A DNA stretch of 64,000 nt from the NCBI GenBank assembly GCA_965649765.1, contig OZ287748.1, positions 106,206,001-106,270,000 of the forward strand, read 5' to 3'. The DNA is from Bispira polyomma (taxonomy: Eukaryota). Made by a program: the position numbers and the translations under genes. Shown here one piece after another: positions 24,427 to 36,913 of this stretch. The notes below the pieces were generated by a model. That model made no database searches. It was not told where the DNA came from and saw only the letters and a program-made list of their open reading frames with translations. Every line of letters begins with the position of its first letter. Position 1 is the stretch's first letter.

Positions 24427-25753
24427 TTAAGTGAGTTTAAAGAGATAAGGTTTCTCCTAAACCCATAAGTCGTTTTCAGTAATCCAAGCTCAACTGAGAG
24501 ACTATTCTATACTATGGCTGCAGCGATTGAACAAACTCTTGATTCAACCCGGTGTACACTTTATACACAACACAAAACGAATAAGTACCACACAATTATA
24601 CTGAATATTTGGATTCTGTTAATTCTAACAAACTATGACGCAAATTTTAGTTGATTGTGAATTGTATCTAAAATGTTTGTGTACATGCTCTGTCAAAGTT
24701 TGATATTTATTCTATGTGGAGTGTTAACAGAACTTGCATACATTGTGAAAAGATGTATGCAAGTTTTGTAGAAAAGGGCACCTTGTACCGAAAGACATGT
24801 GCAATGACTTGTAACCCAATAAACATTTAAAAGAGCTTGGAACAACATCATAAATACCAAAATAATTATTTGTATTTAGTAGGTTAAAATTTTAGGAACA
24901 CACATTTGTATGATAAATGCTGTTTTTAAGGAACTTAGTTCTGATCTTCAACTCTATTAATTAACAAGCCCCATCCTATCTGACCGATCTTTCACCGCCA
25001 CGCTGGTCCTCCGCTTACTACAATGGCTTATATTGTGGTTCTCAATTTTGTAAAACAAACTTACCATTTGGACACAAATGTTTTCAAAATCGTGTTCCTA
25101 AGCTATGAAATATGTTACCTACAGAAATTAAGGACATAGATTACCTATAGAATTGTTATAAAGAACAGAAACGTTCTTATATAGCATTGACACTAATTTC
25201 CACTAATATATATTTTAATATTACACTGTACAGCACTGTACAGTTTTCAATAGTTGAAGTGCTTTGGAATATTCAGTAATAATAATGTCAACTCTTCTGT
25301 TATTGATGCCATTTTGATTCAACTAACCTTGTCCACACTGAAATGCTGGTATACTAATGATGGCTATTACTTGACAGAGCTATGACCAAAATGGTTTGCT
25401 CTGCAATTTGGTTAACAACACTGTATAGTTTTTTGTTTGGAATATGTCTAATTTGCTAGAACATAAAGCTTATTGATAATGAGCTGTGCATTGTAGCAAT
25501 TGTCATTCATTTTCCGTAATTGGTGTAAAAATAGAAAATGACTAGATACATATATAGGCAAAGCTGCAAATATCAAGTACATTTTACACTGGTTTGCAAT
25601 TCACATCTGTACTGAGGAACTAAAAATTAATTGTTTCATTGGAATGACAAACCTCCAACCATATTACATTTAGAAAACCGTCCTGCTTTTTTAGAAGTTC
25701 AACAATATTTACAGTGGGACAGTTCTTAAACACGCTTCACACAAAGGCCCAGG

Positions 25754-27058
25754 ATGCACTGTTTACTATCAGTGTTTATCGTAATCTTTTTATACCTCTT
25801 TAGCTGTATCTCGGCTCATCGTGTGATACTTAACACTAGGGAGAGGAGCCCAAACGTCTCCTCCAAGTACAGTGTGGCTGGAGGACAGTGTTGGTTTGAA
25901 CAGCGTGTAGACCCTTTGCCACAGGTAGGAGATCATGACGTCGCCATGGCATCGGTAACCCTAGAGGAATGCCAGCTGTGGTGTGCTTACGCCTTGGGTT
26001 GGGACTGCCTCTCACTAAAATACACAGCACATACACAAAGGTGTGAGCTGAGCTCAACAAATCCAGAAGAGCCTCTTGCTGAAGACATAAACATTGTCTC
26101 GGATGTTGACAAAGAGTTTTGGGAAAAGAAGTGCAGCGGTACGGTCGAGGAGGGAGCAGGAGCTTGCCCAGGAGGATATTTCTCTTGTAAAGATAATGGA
26201 GTGTGCGTGGACACAAGTCTGGTGTGCGATGGAGAAGCCCAGTGTTACGACAGTTCTGACGAAGAGAACTGCGCTGACTCTGCTGCTACCACCATGTCAG
26301 CCAGTGTGGAAGATGAAGAAGACGAAGAAGCCAGCTTCTGCTGGGCAGATGAGTTCCGCTGTCCGGGTACCGCTTCTTGTTTAAGTAAGATACTGGGATG
26401 TGATGGACGAGTAGACTGTCCTTGGGGTGAAGATGAACGGGGCTGCCTGTCTACTTGCCCAAGTGCGAAGAAGTTTAGCTGCAGGGATAGCAAGCGATGC
26501 ATTCCAGAATCATTGGTCTGTGATGGCCTTAACGACTGTACAGACGCTAGTGATGAGACAGACTGCGCCTACCACTGCAGGGAGGGCCAGATGCACTGCG
26601 AGGGATCTTCTCAATGTATCCCTGAGTGGTGGGCCTGTGATGGACAGAAGGATTGCGAAAATGGAGCTGACGAATTGATGGATTGTCAGGACAGCCAAGT
26701 CAAGCCTCAGTGTAAACAGGCCGAGTTCACGTGTAAAAAGGTTAACGTTTGCATCTATAAAAAGAGAGTATGCGATGGACACATCGATTGCCCCGATGGC
26801 TCGGACGAAGAGGGCTGCGGCCCTAAAAAGTGTCCAACTCACGAGTACCTGTGTCCAGACACCAAGAAGTGTATACCAAAGTTCTACCTCTGTGACTATG
26901 ACGAGGACTGTCCTGGAGGCGAGGATGAACTAGATTGTGGAGTGTGTCAGCTGACCAAAGAGTTTACCTGTTGGACCTCCGGCAGATGCATCCCCATCTC
27001 CTGGAAGTGTAATGGCTATCAAGACTGCAGCGATAGCTCAGATGAAAAGGATTGTTAA
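25754..27058 (+). CDS. Secreted protein: signal peptide, PAN/apple domain and seven LDL-receptor class A repeats (single coding exon)
   Basis: 434-aa intact ORF. Hydrophobic N-terminus. PAN-like TLEECQLWC...CLSLKY...CELS. Seven 6-Cys modules each ending in an acidic SDE/EDE/ADE...C motif. No transmembrane segment. Confidence 0.93.
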   Translation: MHCLLSVFIVIFLYLFSCISAHRVILNTRERSPNVSSKYSVAGGQCWFEQRVDPLPQVGDHDVAMASVTLEECQLWCAYALGWDCLSLKYTAHTQRCELSSTNPEEPLAEDINIVSDVDKEFWEKKCSGTVEEGAGACPGGYFSCKDNGVCVDTSLVCDGEAQCYDSSDEENCADSAATTMSASVEDEEDEEASFCWADEFRCPGTASCLSKILGCDGRVDCPWGEDERGCLSTCPSAKKFSCRDSKRCIPESLVCDGLNDCTDASDETDCAYHCREGQMHCEGSSQCIPEWWACDGQKDCENGADELMDCQDSQVKPQCKQAEFTCKKVNVCIYKKRVCDGHIDCPDGSDEEGCGPKKCPTHEYLCPDTKKCIPKFYLCDYDEDCPGGEDELDCGVCQLTKEFTCWTSGRCIPISWKCNGYQDCSDSSDEKDC

Positions 27059-29015
27059 TAAGTTTGGTCAAATTCATAGTGCATAAAGTATAGTATTTTT
27101 GTTTTACTCAATGGCTCATAGCACTTATTCTATTGTCATGCTCAGGAGCAGCAAATATGTTACATTCAATGGCATTATATTGCCAACCTAATGCGTTAGA
27201 TAGTGTGTGGTTTGTTTTTCATTCAAAATAGTGCAGTACTTTGTTTATATATCTGACATGGATAGAACATTGATGAAGAACATGATAAAACTTATTGAAC
27301 CACAACAAGAGAGACTGTATTGAATAAAACTAGTTGGGTCTATCTCTGAGTGCACAGAAATGATGTATGATGTATTTAGAAGAAATTATTTAAGTAATAA
27401 TAGAATAATAATAATATGCAGTCACATACTAGCGAATATTTGACATTTTAAATATTAAAAAACTTAAATAACACTCACACTGCTCCTAAATTGTATTACC
27501 TTTCAGGTAAAATACATTCAAGGAATAAGCTATGACAAAGCAGGGATATAGAGAAGTTTACTACAAGGCCTTATGTTTCTACCAGTCCAAGACATCCCTT
27601 TACTACCAATATACTGTATATTAAAATGTTAAACTAGCTATTAAATTAATATCAACATTGCAAAACTCATTTAAATATGTTAGCTGCAGTTTCACTACAA
27701 AATATATATTACGGTTATGCTATTGCAATTAAATGGTATTGGTATGTAATCATATGGTTAGACTTACCGATTTTTTAGAACTTATATAAGCATTAGTCTT
27801 CTAAGTGAACTGTCTGTATTATATTTAATTTAAAATAAACCCTGCAAAACACTTTCAAAGCAGAATGATTTCTCAACATCCCAAACCTCCGTCAATGTCA
27901 CCCTGAGGGGGAAATAAAAAGTCAAACAGTTTGTTGAAAGCAATATGTCAATGTTGTACATTTCAACCGCATCGGTCATATTTATATGACCATAATTAAT
28001 TGTGGAAGTAACCAGTGCTAAAGCACTGTAAATCACCTACCTATGGTAAGTACCAGACAAACTTTCCTACACAAAAAAACCAGTAAGATTTAAACTCATT
28101 TTGATAAGATGGAAGTGTTTGTGAAGCAGGTTCTAAAATTCTAATTGCAATAAGATTTCCAAGTTGGTACAGGTCTGATTAAAGTTATTCCTGGGACGTT
28201 CTTATTGAACAAAAAGAAATTTGGAAGAGCTTCTTTGGACCTGTGCTATTTTACTGTTGTAGTCTTTTAAAACTTTATTCATCAGTGACATGTTCACACT
28301 AATAAGAGTAGACATTACTTAGAATACACATATACAGGTCTAAATAATGTCTTCATATATGACAGATCAAAATTATGTACAAATACAAGAATCGTTGTAT
28401 GATTGTATTTAACACATATAAAGTGATTATAAACTTTCCAAAATATCAGGTTAACGTAACCATTGTGGGTATATAGGCTAAAACTTATGTATTAGGTCAC
28501 AGCTACAGATACTAACCAAATGGCCAATGTGTTATTGACTCGGTTATTATTGTTATTAAACAAAAGTGAAATTAATATAAGACCAACAAGGTCAATTATA
28601 CATTGGAAACAGTCAGCCCCTGTAAAGTGTAAACTGGTTGAACATACAACAAAGGGTCTGAACTTACAATTTTGACTTCTAGACTGTCCCTGTGTTAAGT
28701 TAACAACACGATTCAGTTGAAACAATTAAAAAAAAAAAAAAATAACAAATATTTTTCTTAGTATGTCAGTGTAAATATATTGCCTGGCCTAAGTCCTCTC
28801 GGTACAGAAAACTTTAGAAATTACTACTTATAAATACAAGTGCGTAATTCTACATAGTCTACATCTCAAGCATAGGGTGGAATATTGGGTTACAGAAGTT
28901 GGGGGTGGGGAAAGGTGTCATATAATTCGGCAGGCTGAAGGTAGCAAAGACAGAGAAAACAGCTGTTTTAAAACGCCCTACAGCCAATGTATCCAAAAGG
29001 TAAGGTGCAGAAGTC

Positions 29016-29706
29016 TAAGCCTACGCTTCCTTTCAGCATGTTTTTATCGGCCGACGTCGGTCGATGTCGGCCGATTTTTTCCCTTGTTATACAATACTAG
29101 CAAGTGCTTCCTTTCAACAGATTTGCATCAGATCCGATCAGACGTCGGTCGACATCTGTTAGGCCATCAGATTTTATCTGTCAGGGAGCGAAAAAATCGG
29201 GAGGACTGACCGATTTTGAAGCAAAATTGTTTACAAATACACTGTCTTAAGTATATTATTCATCTGATATATACTTAATATTTGTCGTATATTGATTTGG
29301 AAAATGGCATGAGAAAGCTCATTTTACTGTGATTACTGTGCTTCTTTTTAACTTTAAATAGGGGTACTCCCTTTAACCATACTCTTCTACTGTGAATTAT
29401 ACGTCACAGCAACGTCATAATGACGCCACTTTTGTAACTACGTCACAACGGACACATACGGAAGTAAAAATGGGTACCAATGTATAAACTTAAATTTCTG
29501 AGCCATTTTTCAACGGATTTTGATGAAAAAAGAGGCACAGTAATCACAATAAATTAAGTTTTCTCATGCCATTTTCAAAGTCCACATCCGACGAATATTG
29601 AGTGTATATCTGATGAAAGGAAGTGCTACATTGGCCGACGTCGACCGACGTCGGACACTCACAAATCGGCCGACGTCAGAATATGCTGAAAGGAAGCGTA
29701 GGCTTA
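29016..29706. mobile_element. MITE with perfect 24-bp inverted ends (TAA/TTA termini, Harbinger/Tourist-like) and a second internal inverted-repeat pair
   Basis: taagcctacgcttcctttcagcat (29016-29039) versus atgctgaaaggaagcgtaggctta (29683-29706). Inner ~90-bp imperfect inverted repeat at ~29259-29350 and ~29525-29617. Confidence 0.8.
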
Positions 29707-30132
29707 TAAAACCATGATCAAAGGTTAAAGTGCAAAAGTCTTATACAACCATGATCAAAGGTTAGAGTACAAAAGTCTTATACAACCATGATCAAAGGTT
29801 AGAGTACAAAAGTCTTATACAACCATGATCAAAGGTTAAAGTACAAAAGTCTTATACAACCATGATCAAAGGTTAGAGTACAAAAGTCTTATACAACCAT
29901 GATCAAAGGTTAGAGTACAAAAGTCTTATACAACCATGATCAAAGGTTAAAGTACAAAAGTCTTATACAACCATGATCAAAGGTTAGAGTACAAAAGTCT
30001 TATACAACCATGATCAAAGGTTAGAGTACAAAAGTCTTATACAACCATGATCAAAGGTTAGAGTACAAAAGTCTTATACAACCATGATCAAAGGTTAAAG
30101 TTAAAGTATTAAACCATGACCAAAGGTCAGAG
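29707..30132. repeat. 37-bp minisatellite, ~11 nearly identical copies (aaccatgatcaaaggttagagtacaaaagtcttatac)
   Basis: Read directly. A degenerate first unit precedes the MITE at 28984-29017. Confidence 0.95.
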
Positions 30133-30859
30133 TTCAAGCTGTGGGTCAGAGTATGTCATTTGCATATCACCCACGCAGACTCATGGCATCAGTTGCCACA
30201 TCAGAAAACAAATTTGCACTAAATATAGAGCATATACAAACCTAAGCTCAACTATTTTGTTTAATGTTTTTCACAGTAAAACTTCAAAGTTAAATATAAG
30301 ATGGACATAAAGTAACAATTTTATGTATCTCATTATTTATATTTTTCCTGACAATGGGCTTTTGGTTGCATACTTAAATTCGGCCAATAGGGAGTAAATA
30401 TACATGATTGAGTTGCAAGGCCTGGATTAGATGTATGGCTCTATCTGTCAGAGTCGACTGATGCATTGATCTCTCAACTGATCGTCACAGCTTTAGTCAA
30501 AGTACAAGGTGGTGGATTATCGTTGAGGTAATACAATTTACAGGCAATCATTTAAATAACTAAACTATACGGATAGACGGACCATTGACAAAAGTATTTG
30601 ACCGGACCAAAGTACTTTTAGGTCAAAGGCAAATGTCATTTAGACAGTTTTGTCCATAGCTAACATGAATACATCTTTTCATGGTTACTGGGTCACTGGA
30701 TAAGCACGATGCATTGTGGAAAGACTGTGTCCCATTATTTTGCATAGAGTGCTCAATCTTTATGGCAATTTTCACGTAATTATATGTGTTTTCAACATAC
30801 ATTACTAAAATATTTTATATCTGATGAATTATAAGAACAGCTCCTTCTTCAAGGTTTAA

Positions 30860-31290
30860 CACCTGAGCCTTCATCAATGCTAGAAAATCATATCATATGC
30901 ATCATATGAGAAACTATTGTTAAAATGTCTTTTTAACTTGTGAACTGATCGTACAAAGGTAGAAGAGAAAGCATTTTCAGGCCTACTACGCCTTGTATTG
31001 CGTTGACATGTATAGGGAGACGAATGAGGAATGAAATACCAAGGGAAACCTGAATCGAGATATTTATAGGCTAATGTAGCAGTTTTGATTATTGCTCTAT
31101 ACTCAAAAGGCAGTCCGTGGAGGTTTTTAAAACAGGAGTAATGTGAGTAAACTTGAATTTCCTTATTACTATCGAAGCTAAACTGTGTTGGACACACTGC
31201 AATTTGCGCAGGTCAGTCACAGGGAGACCTCTGAAAAGAGAGTTACAGTAATCAAGGCGAATAGAGTTGTTGTGTAAGGCACTCACTAAC
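30860..31290 (-). mobile_element. L2/CR1-group LINE 3' fragment
   Basis: IRLDYCNSLFRGLP...LQCVQHSLAS...HITPVLK / LHGLPFEYRAIIKTATLAYK. Confidence 0.85.
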
Positions 31291-31609
31291 AGTCAAAGGA
31301 TATGCAACAGGATTTGACTTGGTAGTCAAAAGTCAAACATGATTAACAATTTCTTGTCAATAAAGATGTAATCATTTAAAACGCCGAAGTCTGACTTAAA
31401 ACAATAACATGCCAGTTGTTTTTCTATTTGTACCACAAATAATGGTCTATGGTGCCAATTTCTTCTAAATCTCACTCTGGTAGTGGAGTGAATTTTATCT
31501 GCCTGGACAGCAATTCGACAGGGCCAGATTGTAGCAGGAGTGGCTTTCAAAGTGACGATAACATTTTCAGAGTGGAATATGAATATGAGTTGTAACACAG
31601 TTAAAGAAT

Positions 31610-34600
31610 TGCGGTAATATTTTTATTAGTATGACTAGGATGTTATATCTAACATTGAATATATACGGTTTCAGCTTTACAGCATGGGATCAACTTAAAC
31701 TGGTCACCTTAAGTTAAAATTTTGAAATTGAGGCCACCATTAGGTGACCTTAAATTAAGTTAAGTAGGGCCAGGATGAGGTGACCCTAATTTAAGTTTAG
31801 AATAATTTAGAAGAGGTAAGGGGGACATTTGGTGGCCCTAAGTTCAGTTTAAGCATACCAAAAGGTAATCTAACAGAATTTGAAGATATAATCTAAATGA
31901 TTACATTATGTATTAAAGTGTAAGTTGACCTTATGCCCAGGACAGTGTGTACCGTCCAGTTTTATATTTTATTTGACATTAAAGTTGTATATATTATTTA
32001 TTCAGCTGACCAGAGGCCAGAACACCAAACCCAGAGACGCCTAGGAGTTGGGCTGTAGGGTTTCCTGAAAGAATCAGCAACCTGGGAGCCAAGCAGAATC
32101 TTTAATATACTGCCAAACGCAATCCGACATCTAGGTGCCATGACGTTGAATGTCCTGGACATTGACGTTATTGTTGAAAGCAAATGTGGTACCCGAACGT
32201 CGGAACGCATGGAAGGTCAGATTCGCCTACTGGCAACCAAGCAGCTGGAGAACATTCTTCAGGTGTCTCCTAACACGGGTATCAGTCAAGGGGCCCCTAG
32301 TACTACCAACCTTGTACTGAAAAAGAGGTGCATTGGGGTCAGTAGGGGTTAATGTTAATGCATTCCTGAGAGTCGCCACTGGACACAGGCTGGAGTGGGG
32401 GATAACTGGAGTAGTTAACAGTCTAATTGCGTTGTTTGACTGTAAGGTTTTAGATCATTTAATTAACATTACATAGCCTGGTTTGAACAGGACATCACCC
32501 CTAGCTAGGTGCTTTAACAGAGAAAATGCCGCCACAGAGTGGGGGCAAAGATTTGATAATCTCAAAAAACTAAAGAAACTAGTCAAATAGATAGCCTTAA
32601 AGATCTGGCCCATATAGGTGCTGTCACATTTAGCTACCAGAGCAGTAAGGAGAGGGATATCGAAAATGTTCTTAAGCTTAGCTGGAGTGGTCTGTGAATA
32701 ACCAGAGCTCGATTAAAGTATGAAATTCTGGGGTCTGCAAAGCAGTCCACATTAATATGAAACAGTATACATTTGGCTTTAATTGCTGACAAGTGATTAG
32801 CTATTTGAGAGGCCGACATTGAATTATAGTTCAGTAATTCTAAGAAACAAAAGAGTCTAAGTACAGTCACCTGAGTGGGGGCCCAGTTGATAAAGGCCCC
32901 AAAGGCAATGAAGATTCTGAACATGCTGTCGTAAGCCCTGGCTGTGGAAGCCGCAAAAGCAAAGTGGAGCCTTTTACAGGCCCGACTCGTCAACAGAGAG
33001 TCCAAAGGGTGGAGAGCTGTAACATATTATAAACATAACATACATTATATGTTATTATCAAGTTGCAGGAATGTGGCGTCTACATATAACCATTCCACAG
33101 GACCTGCCCACTGAGCTAGTATTTGACTGTTATTACAGGTTTTGTCCCAACGTGAGAGGAGATCAGCAATTTTATTTTTGACACCAATAATATTAATCAC
33201 CCTTTTGTCAATGTCAAAGTGACTAGCCCCCATATAGATATTTCTTGTGTATGAGGCCAATACGGGGTCTTGGGTTCGCCCAGTTTCAAGCATGCTAACT
33301 ACAGCCTGATTATCGCATTTAAACAGAACTTTCTGTCCCCGCCAGGCACTAGACCATAGTTTTAATGCAACAAGAATATTAATCATTTCGAGTGAGGCAA
33401 TATTGTCCTCAGTCATATTTTCTGGAACTTTAAGCTTGTAAACTTGAACCGTTGGACACCATTGAACCGTTGGACACCATTGAACCGTTGGACACCATTG
33501 AACCGTTGGACACCATTGAACCGTTGGACACCATTGAACCGTTGGACACCATTGAACCGTTGGACAAATGTATAAAACCAGTTAAGGTCCTTATTAAAAT
33601 CTCGGGTTACTTTAAATCTGTTTCTGACAGGTGGGAATTTTCCCCTCACACCCTCAACTTTCCTTTGTTTTAAATCACAGTTTTGTTTTTTTATTTTGGG
33701 CGATAGAAACAAAGGAGGGCCGACATCTGTCCAGAAATTTCACACCTTTGCTCTGAGTGCCCTGAGACCTTCCAGTCTTCACATTATAAACATCTTACGT
33801 GTTGTTTCAATACCAACTTTTGAAATGGGCTTTTGGCTGAAGTTTCTGTAATGTTAGTACATGGTTTAATATTCTGATACTTTCTATGTACATTTTGAAC
33901 AGCCTCGCTGTAAGAACAACGAGTCTTTTTATCTCGATTATATGCAACCATTTTCTCTCTAACTGACTTCTTGAATAAGTGAGCTTCCTGAAAGTTGGAA
34001 TTATAAAATTCCCTACTAAAAACTGAATTGTCCACTGAATTGTCCACTGAATTGTCGCAGTGGCCACTTAGTTTTTTGCCCTTTTTTTGCTGCATGTGTT
34101 GCTTTTATGTGCGCCCCCACACGACTCGCAGACATGCTTAAAGTATGTATTGCCCGTTTTGTGGCTGCTTGGGAATTGGCATGAACCATCCTGGTAAAAC
34201 TTGCAATTTGCTGTACCCTGTTTGTTAACCGAACCACCATTTTTACTACCAGCCCGGCCAGCATTATTGTGGTTAGAATTGGCACTTGAAATGTGTCTTT
34301 GAGCGTGGGCTCTTCTGAGCCTGTCGAGTTTATCAACATCTGACAACTTATCCATCTCTATTTGTGTTAACACCACAGCATGGCATGCTTTCGCAGTTTC
34401 CCACAAAAAATCCTCCCAATCTTCCATAAGGTTCGTCATGTATTCAAGCATGGTTTCCCTTGTGGAATTCGACTTTTCATCTTGCACAATTCTAAGGACC
34501 GAAAACTATCTGTTAATATGTGGTTTTAAGGCTACTTAACTAAACGTTTCACAACAACATCTACAACCCCCCCCCCCCCCCTTTGGGATTTTAATTTACC

Positions 34601-35335
34601 TTGGGTAGGGCTTTCATTCAAAAGTTTTAAATCTGCCAAACGCAATTCAACTTGTGTTTGAATCTGTGCATTGGTTTTTAAAAAATCTACAGTTGGAACC
34701 ACACTGTCCACTACATTTTCTAGGGCAACAACATTGGTAGCTACAGGAGCATTGTTAGAAATAGAAATACTGGCCTGACTTTTAACTCGTTCTCCTGCCA
34801 ACGCTGCCTCCATGAGTTAGAAAAGCTGATCCATTATTTCCATTATATTGCTCATGGATTGTAGTTGAAGCAGTATCTGGCCTTTTAATTTGATTCATAC
34901 TACCTTCCAGAGCTGGAGTATCAGACGTGTCCTCCTCATGAACGGTGACCTTGGCAGTACATTCAGCAGTACCAGCTTCAAACAAACAACCAGCACCAAC
35001 TGGTCTGGCGTGCTTTCCCAAACATTTTGAACAATTTACAACAGGAGGCATAGCGACACGTAAAAGTTACAATAAAATGTAAAACAGACTGAAAACTCTT
35101 ATAAAAGCAGTTTAAAATTCAAAGTAAATTCCAGAGACTCCACCATCTGTTTAAAATACTGGTAGTTTCGTGGATGCTATTGTGTAAAAGGCGGGAGAAT
35201 TTGAAATTGGCTTGCCTTTTATACTACCCGCAATCACTGAGGCGTTACAAACTAGGACTGGTACCCCAGAACTGAAAGCGCCAGCACTGGGGCGCTGCCT
35301 TATATGGGTAGGGTAGAGGCGAACAGCTATTATTT
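31610..35335 (-). mobile_element. DIRS/Ngaro-type tyrosine-recombinase retrotransposon, internally deleted and frameshifted
   Basis: gag (35051-34068) ends in CKFYQDGSC...H...KHVCESCGGAHKSNTC. RNase H at 33045-33416: LEMINILVALKLW...CDNQAVV...NKIADLLSR. YR at ~33005-32100, including HAFRRSGTTFAF...IQRHGT*MSDCVWQY. RT core missing. Outer boundaries approximate. Confidence 0.88.
33443..33566. repeat. 18-bp perfect tandem repeat x~7 (ttgaaccgttggacacca) inside the DIRS pol
   Basis: Encodes (QRFNGV)n on the minus strand, directly after DLNWFYTFV. Confidence 0.95.
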
Positions 35336-36913
35336 TAATTATGTATATATTTGTTTATAGTTTTAAAGTTTAGAAATACCTTTAATGTCAAAACTTTTTC
35401 ATTTGTTTATCAGTAATGACAAATAATTGATATAACACTGTCACAAATACAATCCAACTTTGGCAAACATTTGCATCTATTTCATATGCATACATAAGCA
35501 CAGGTACAGAAAAGGTTTGTTTATTCAAACGCCAATTGATGATGTGGTAGGTGGTACCAGAAGGTATTGTTTAACATATCAGCTGCTCCATCTAAGGGAA
35601 ATATACCCCTTTATATGGAGTGAAACTGGACCAGATATCAGACACGGAAACAATTACTGGCAAGGAAGAGTTTTGGGTGCGGTGTTAAGGCACGGAACAT
35701 GTCAGTCCTGCACAGCCTTAATTCAGTTAAGTAGGGTACCAGACCAGAAAACTGACAGAGTGACATGGAAAAAACAATTTAAACATAAGATGGTTTTATT
35801 CTACTTGTGTTACAAACTACTTTATTTTATCTTATAATTTTTTTAGTTGGATTTAATACATTTTATATTTTAAACAGTCATTTAATATACATACTGGAGA
35901 TACTAAAAATGGACTTGTTACAAAGGAATATAGTGATCGGCTGTGGTGACCCGATAGCCCCATATCTGTTTCTTATATGTGGTCAAAATTTAGTCTATCT
36001 AATATCTATCTGTCTATCTATTTAGATCTTAATATATTTTTAATTTTGTTATTCTTTTGTTTTTAAACTGGTTTACCTCTCCTGTCAGGGTACCAGTTTT
36101 TTGAAAATGGCAGTGGTTGCATTGTAAATAAAAATGTTTTAAAAAAATCCAGCACTTGAGCACTCATGAATGAGGGGGCAGTCCCATTGCAGAATGAGCC
36201 TGACTTAATCCTAACCACCTGAGCCTGATGAGAATCTACCCCGAGCCTGAGATGTTGCAGTAGCTGTAACCAAAAACCGTCTTTTTCAGGACCACCAAAA
36301 TATTCTAAGAACTATTAAAAAGCTGTTTGTTGATACCCCTCAACCCCTAACCCCATCGCATCTCACAAATCGCACAAGGTTTAAGCCTAACATCCATAGA
36401 TGTAATATTTTAGGGCCCACCATTGAAACATAATAGGTTCGAACCCAAGCCTTTTCACTGACATGAAAACTTCCTACTGGGGCCCCTCTTAATATATAAT
36501 CTAATGATTTCCCAGCAATAGATAGCTTAATGGGCCATTGAGTATCAGAGATCATGGGTTCAAACCCTGTCATTGGTGTGACCACTTGTTTGGGAAAAAT
36601 ACTGGGTTCTAATCCTGTCAGCTGTTTGACAACTTGTTTGGGAAAGGGACATTTCAGGAAATATTTATTTTGTCCACGAAAAACTCTTTGTATTGCACAA
36701 TTATCAAAATATGGAGTCACTGGACCAGTGATTTATTAGTTCTGTGTGTTTGTGTGAATTGTTTTTGAGGGGACAGTGTAATCAGTTTGTTTGGGATTTT
36801 CAACAAAATAGCCTAAATAATGTTATTGGAAGATTCGGGTGGTCCTAAAAAAATAACTTGGAAGTTTCGATGAATAGTAGTCTGAAAAGGAGCGCCAGGA
36901 GAACACTGACTGG

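Noticed and set aside
25836-26842. Several overlapping ORFs in other frames or strand of the LDLa gene
   Set aside because: By-products of a GC-richer coding region with no independent motifs.
27840-27925. Possible minus-strand exon after a strong polypyrimidine acceptor (ttccccctcAG; VTLTEVWDVEKSFCFESVLQ)
   Set aside because: No convincing donor, partner exons or recognisable domain.
29707-30132. 37-bp repeats (also 10370-10765 and 16440-17028) of CRISPR-repeat size
   Set aside because: Units are head-to-tail with no unique spacers, there are no cas genes, and the context is eukaryotic.
33452-33673. Plus-strand (DTIEPL)n ORF
   Set aside because: Antisense reading of the 18-bp repeat in the DIRS pol.
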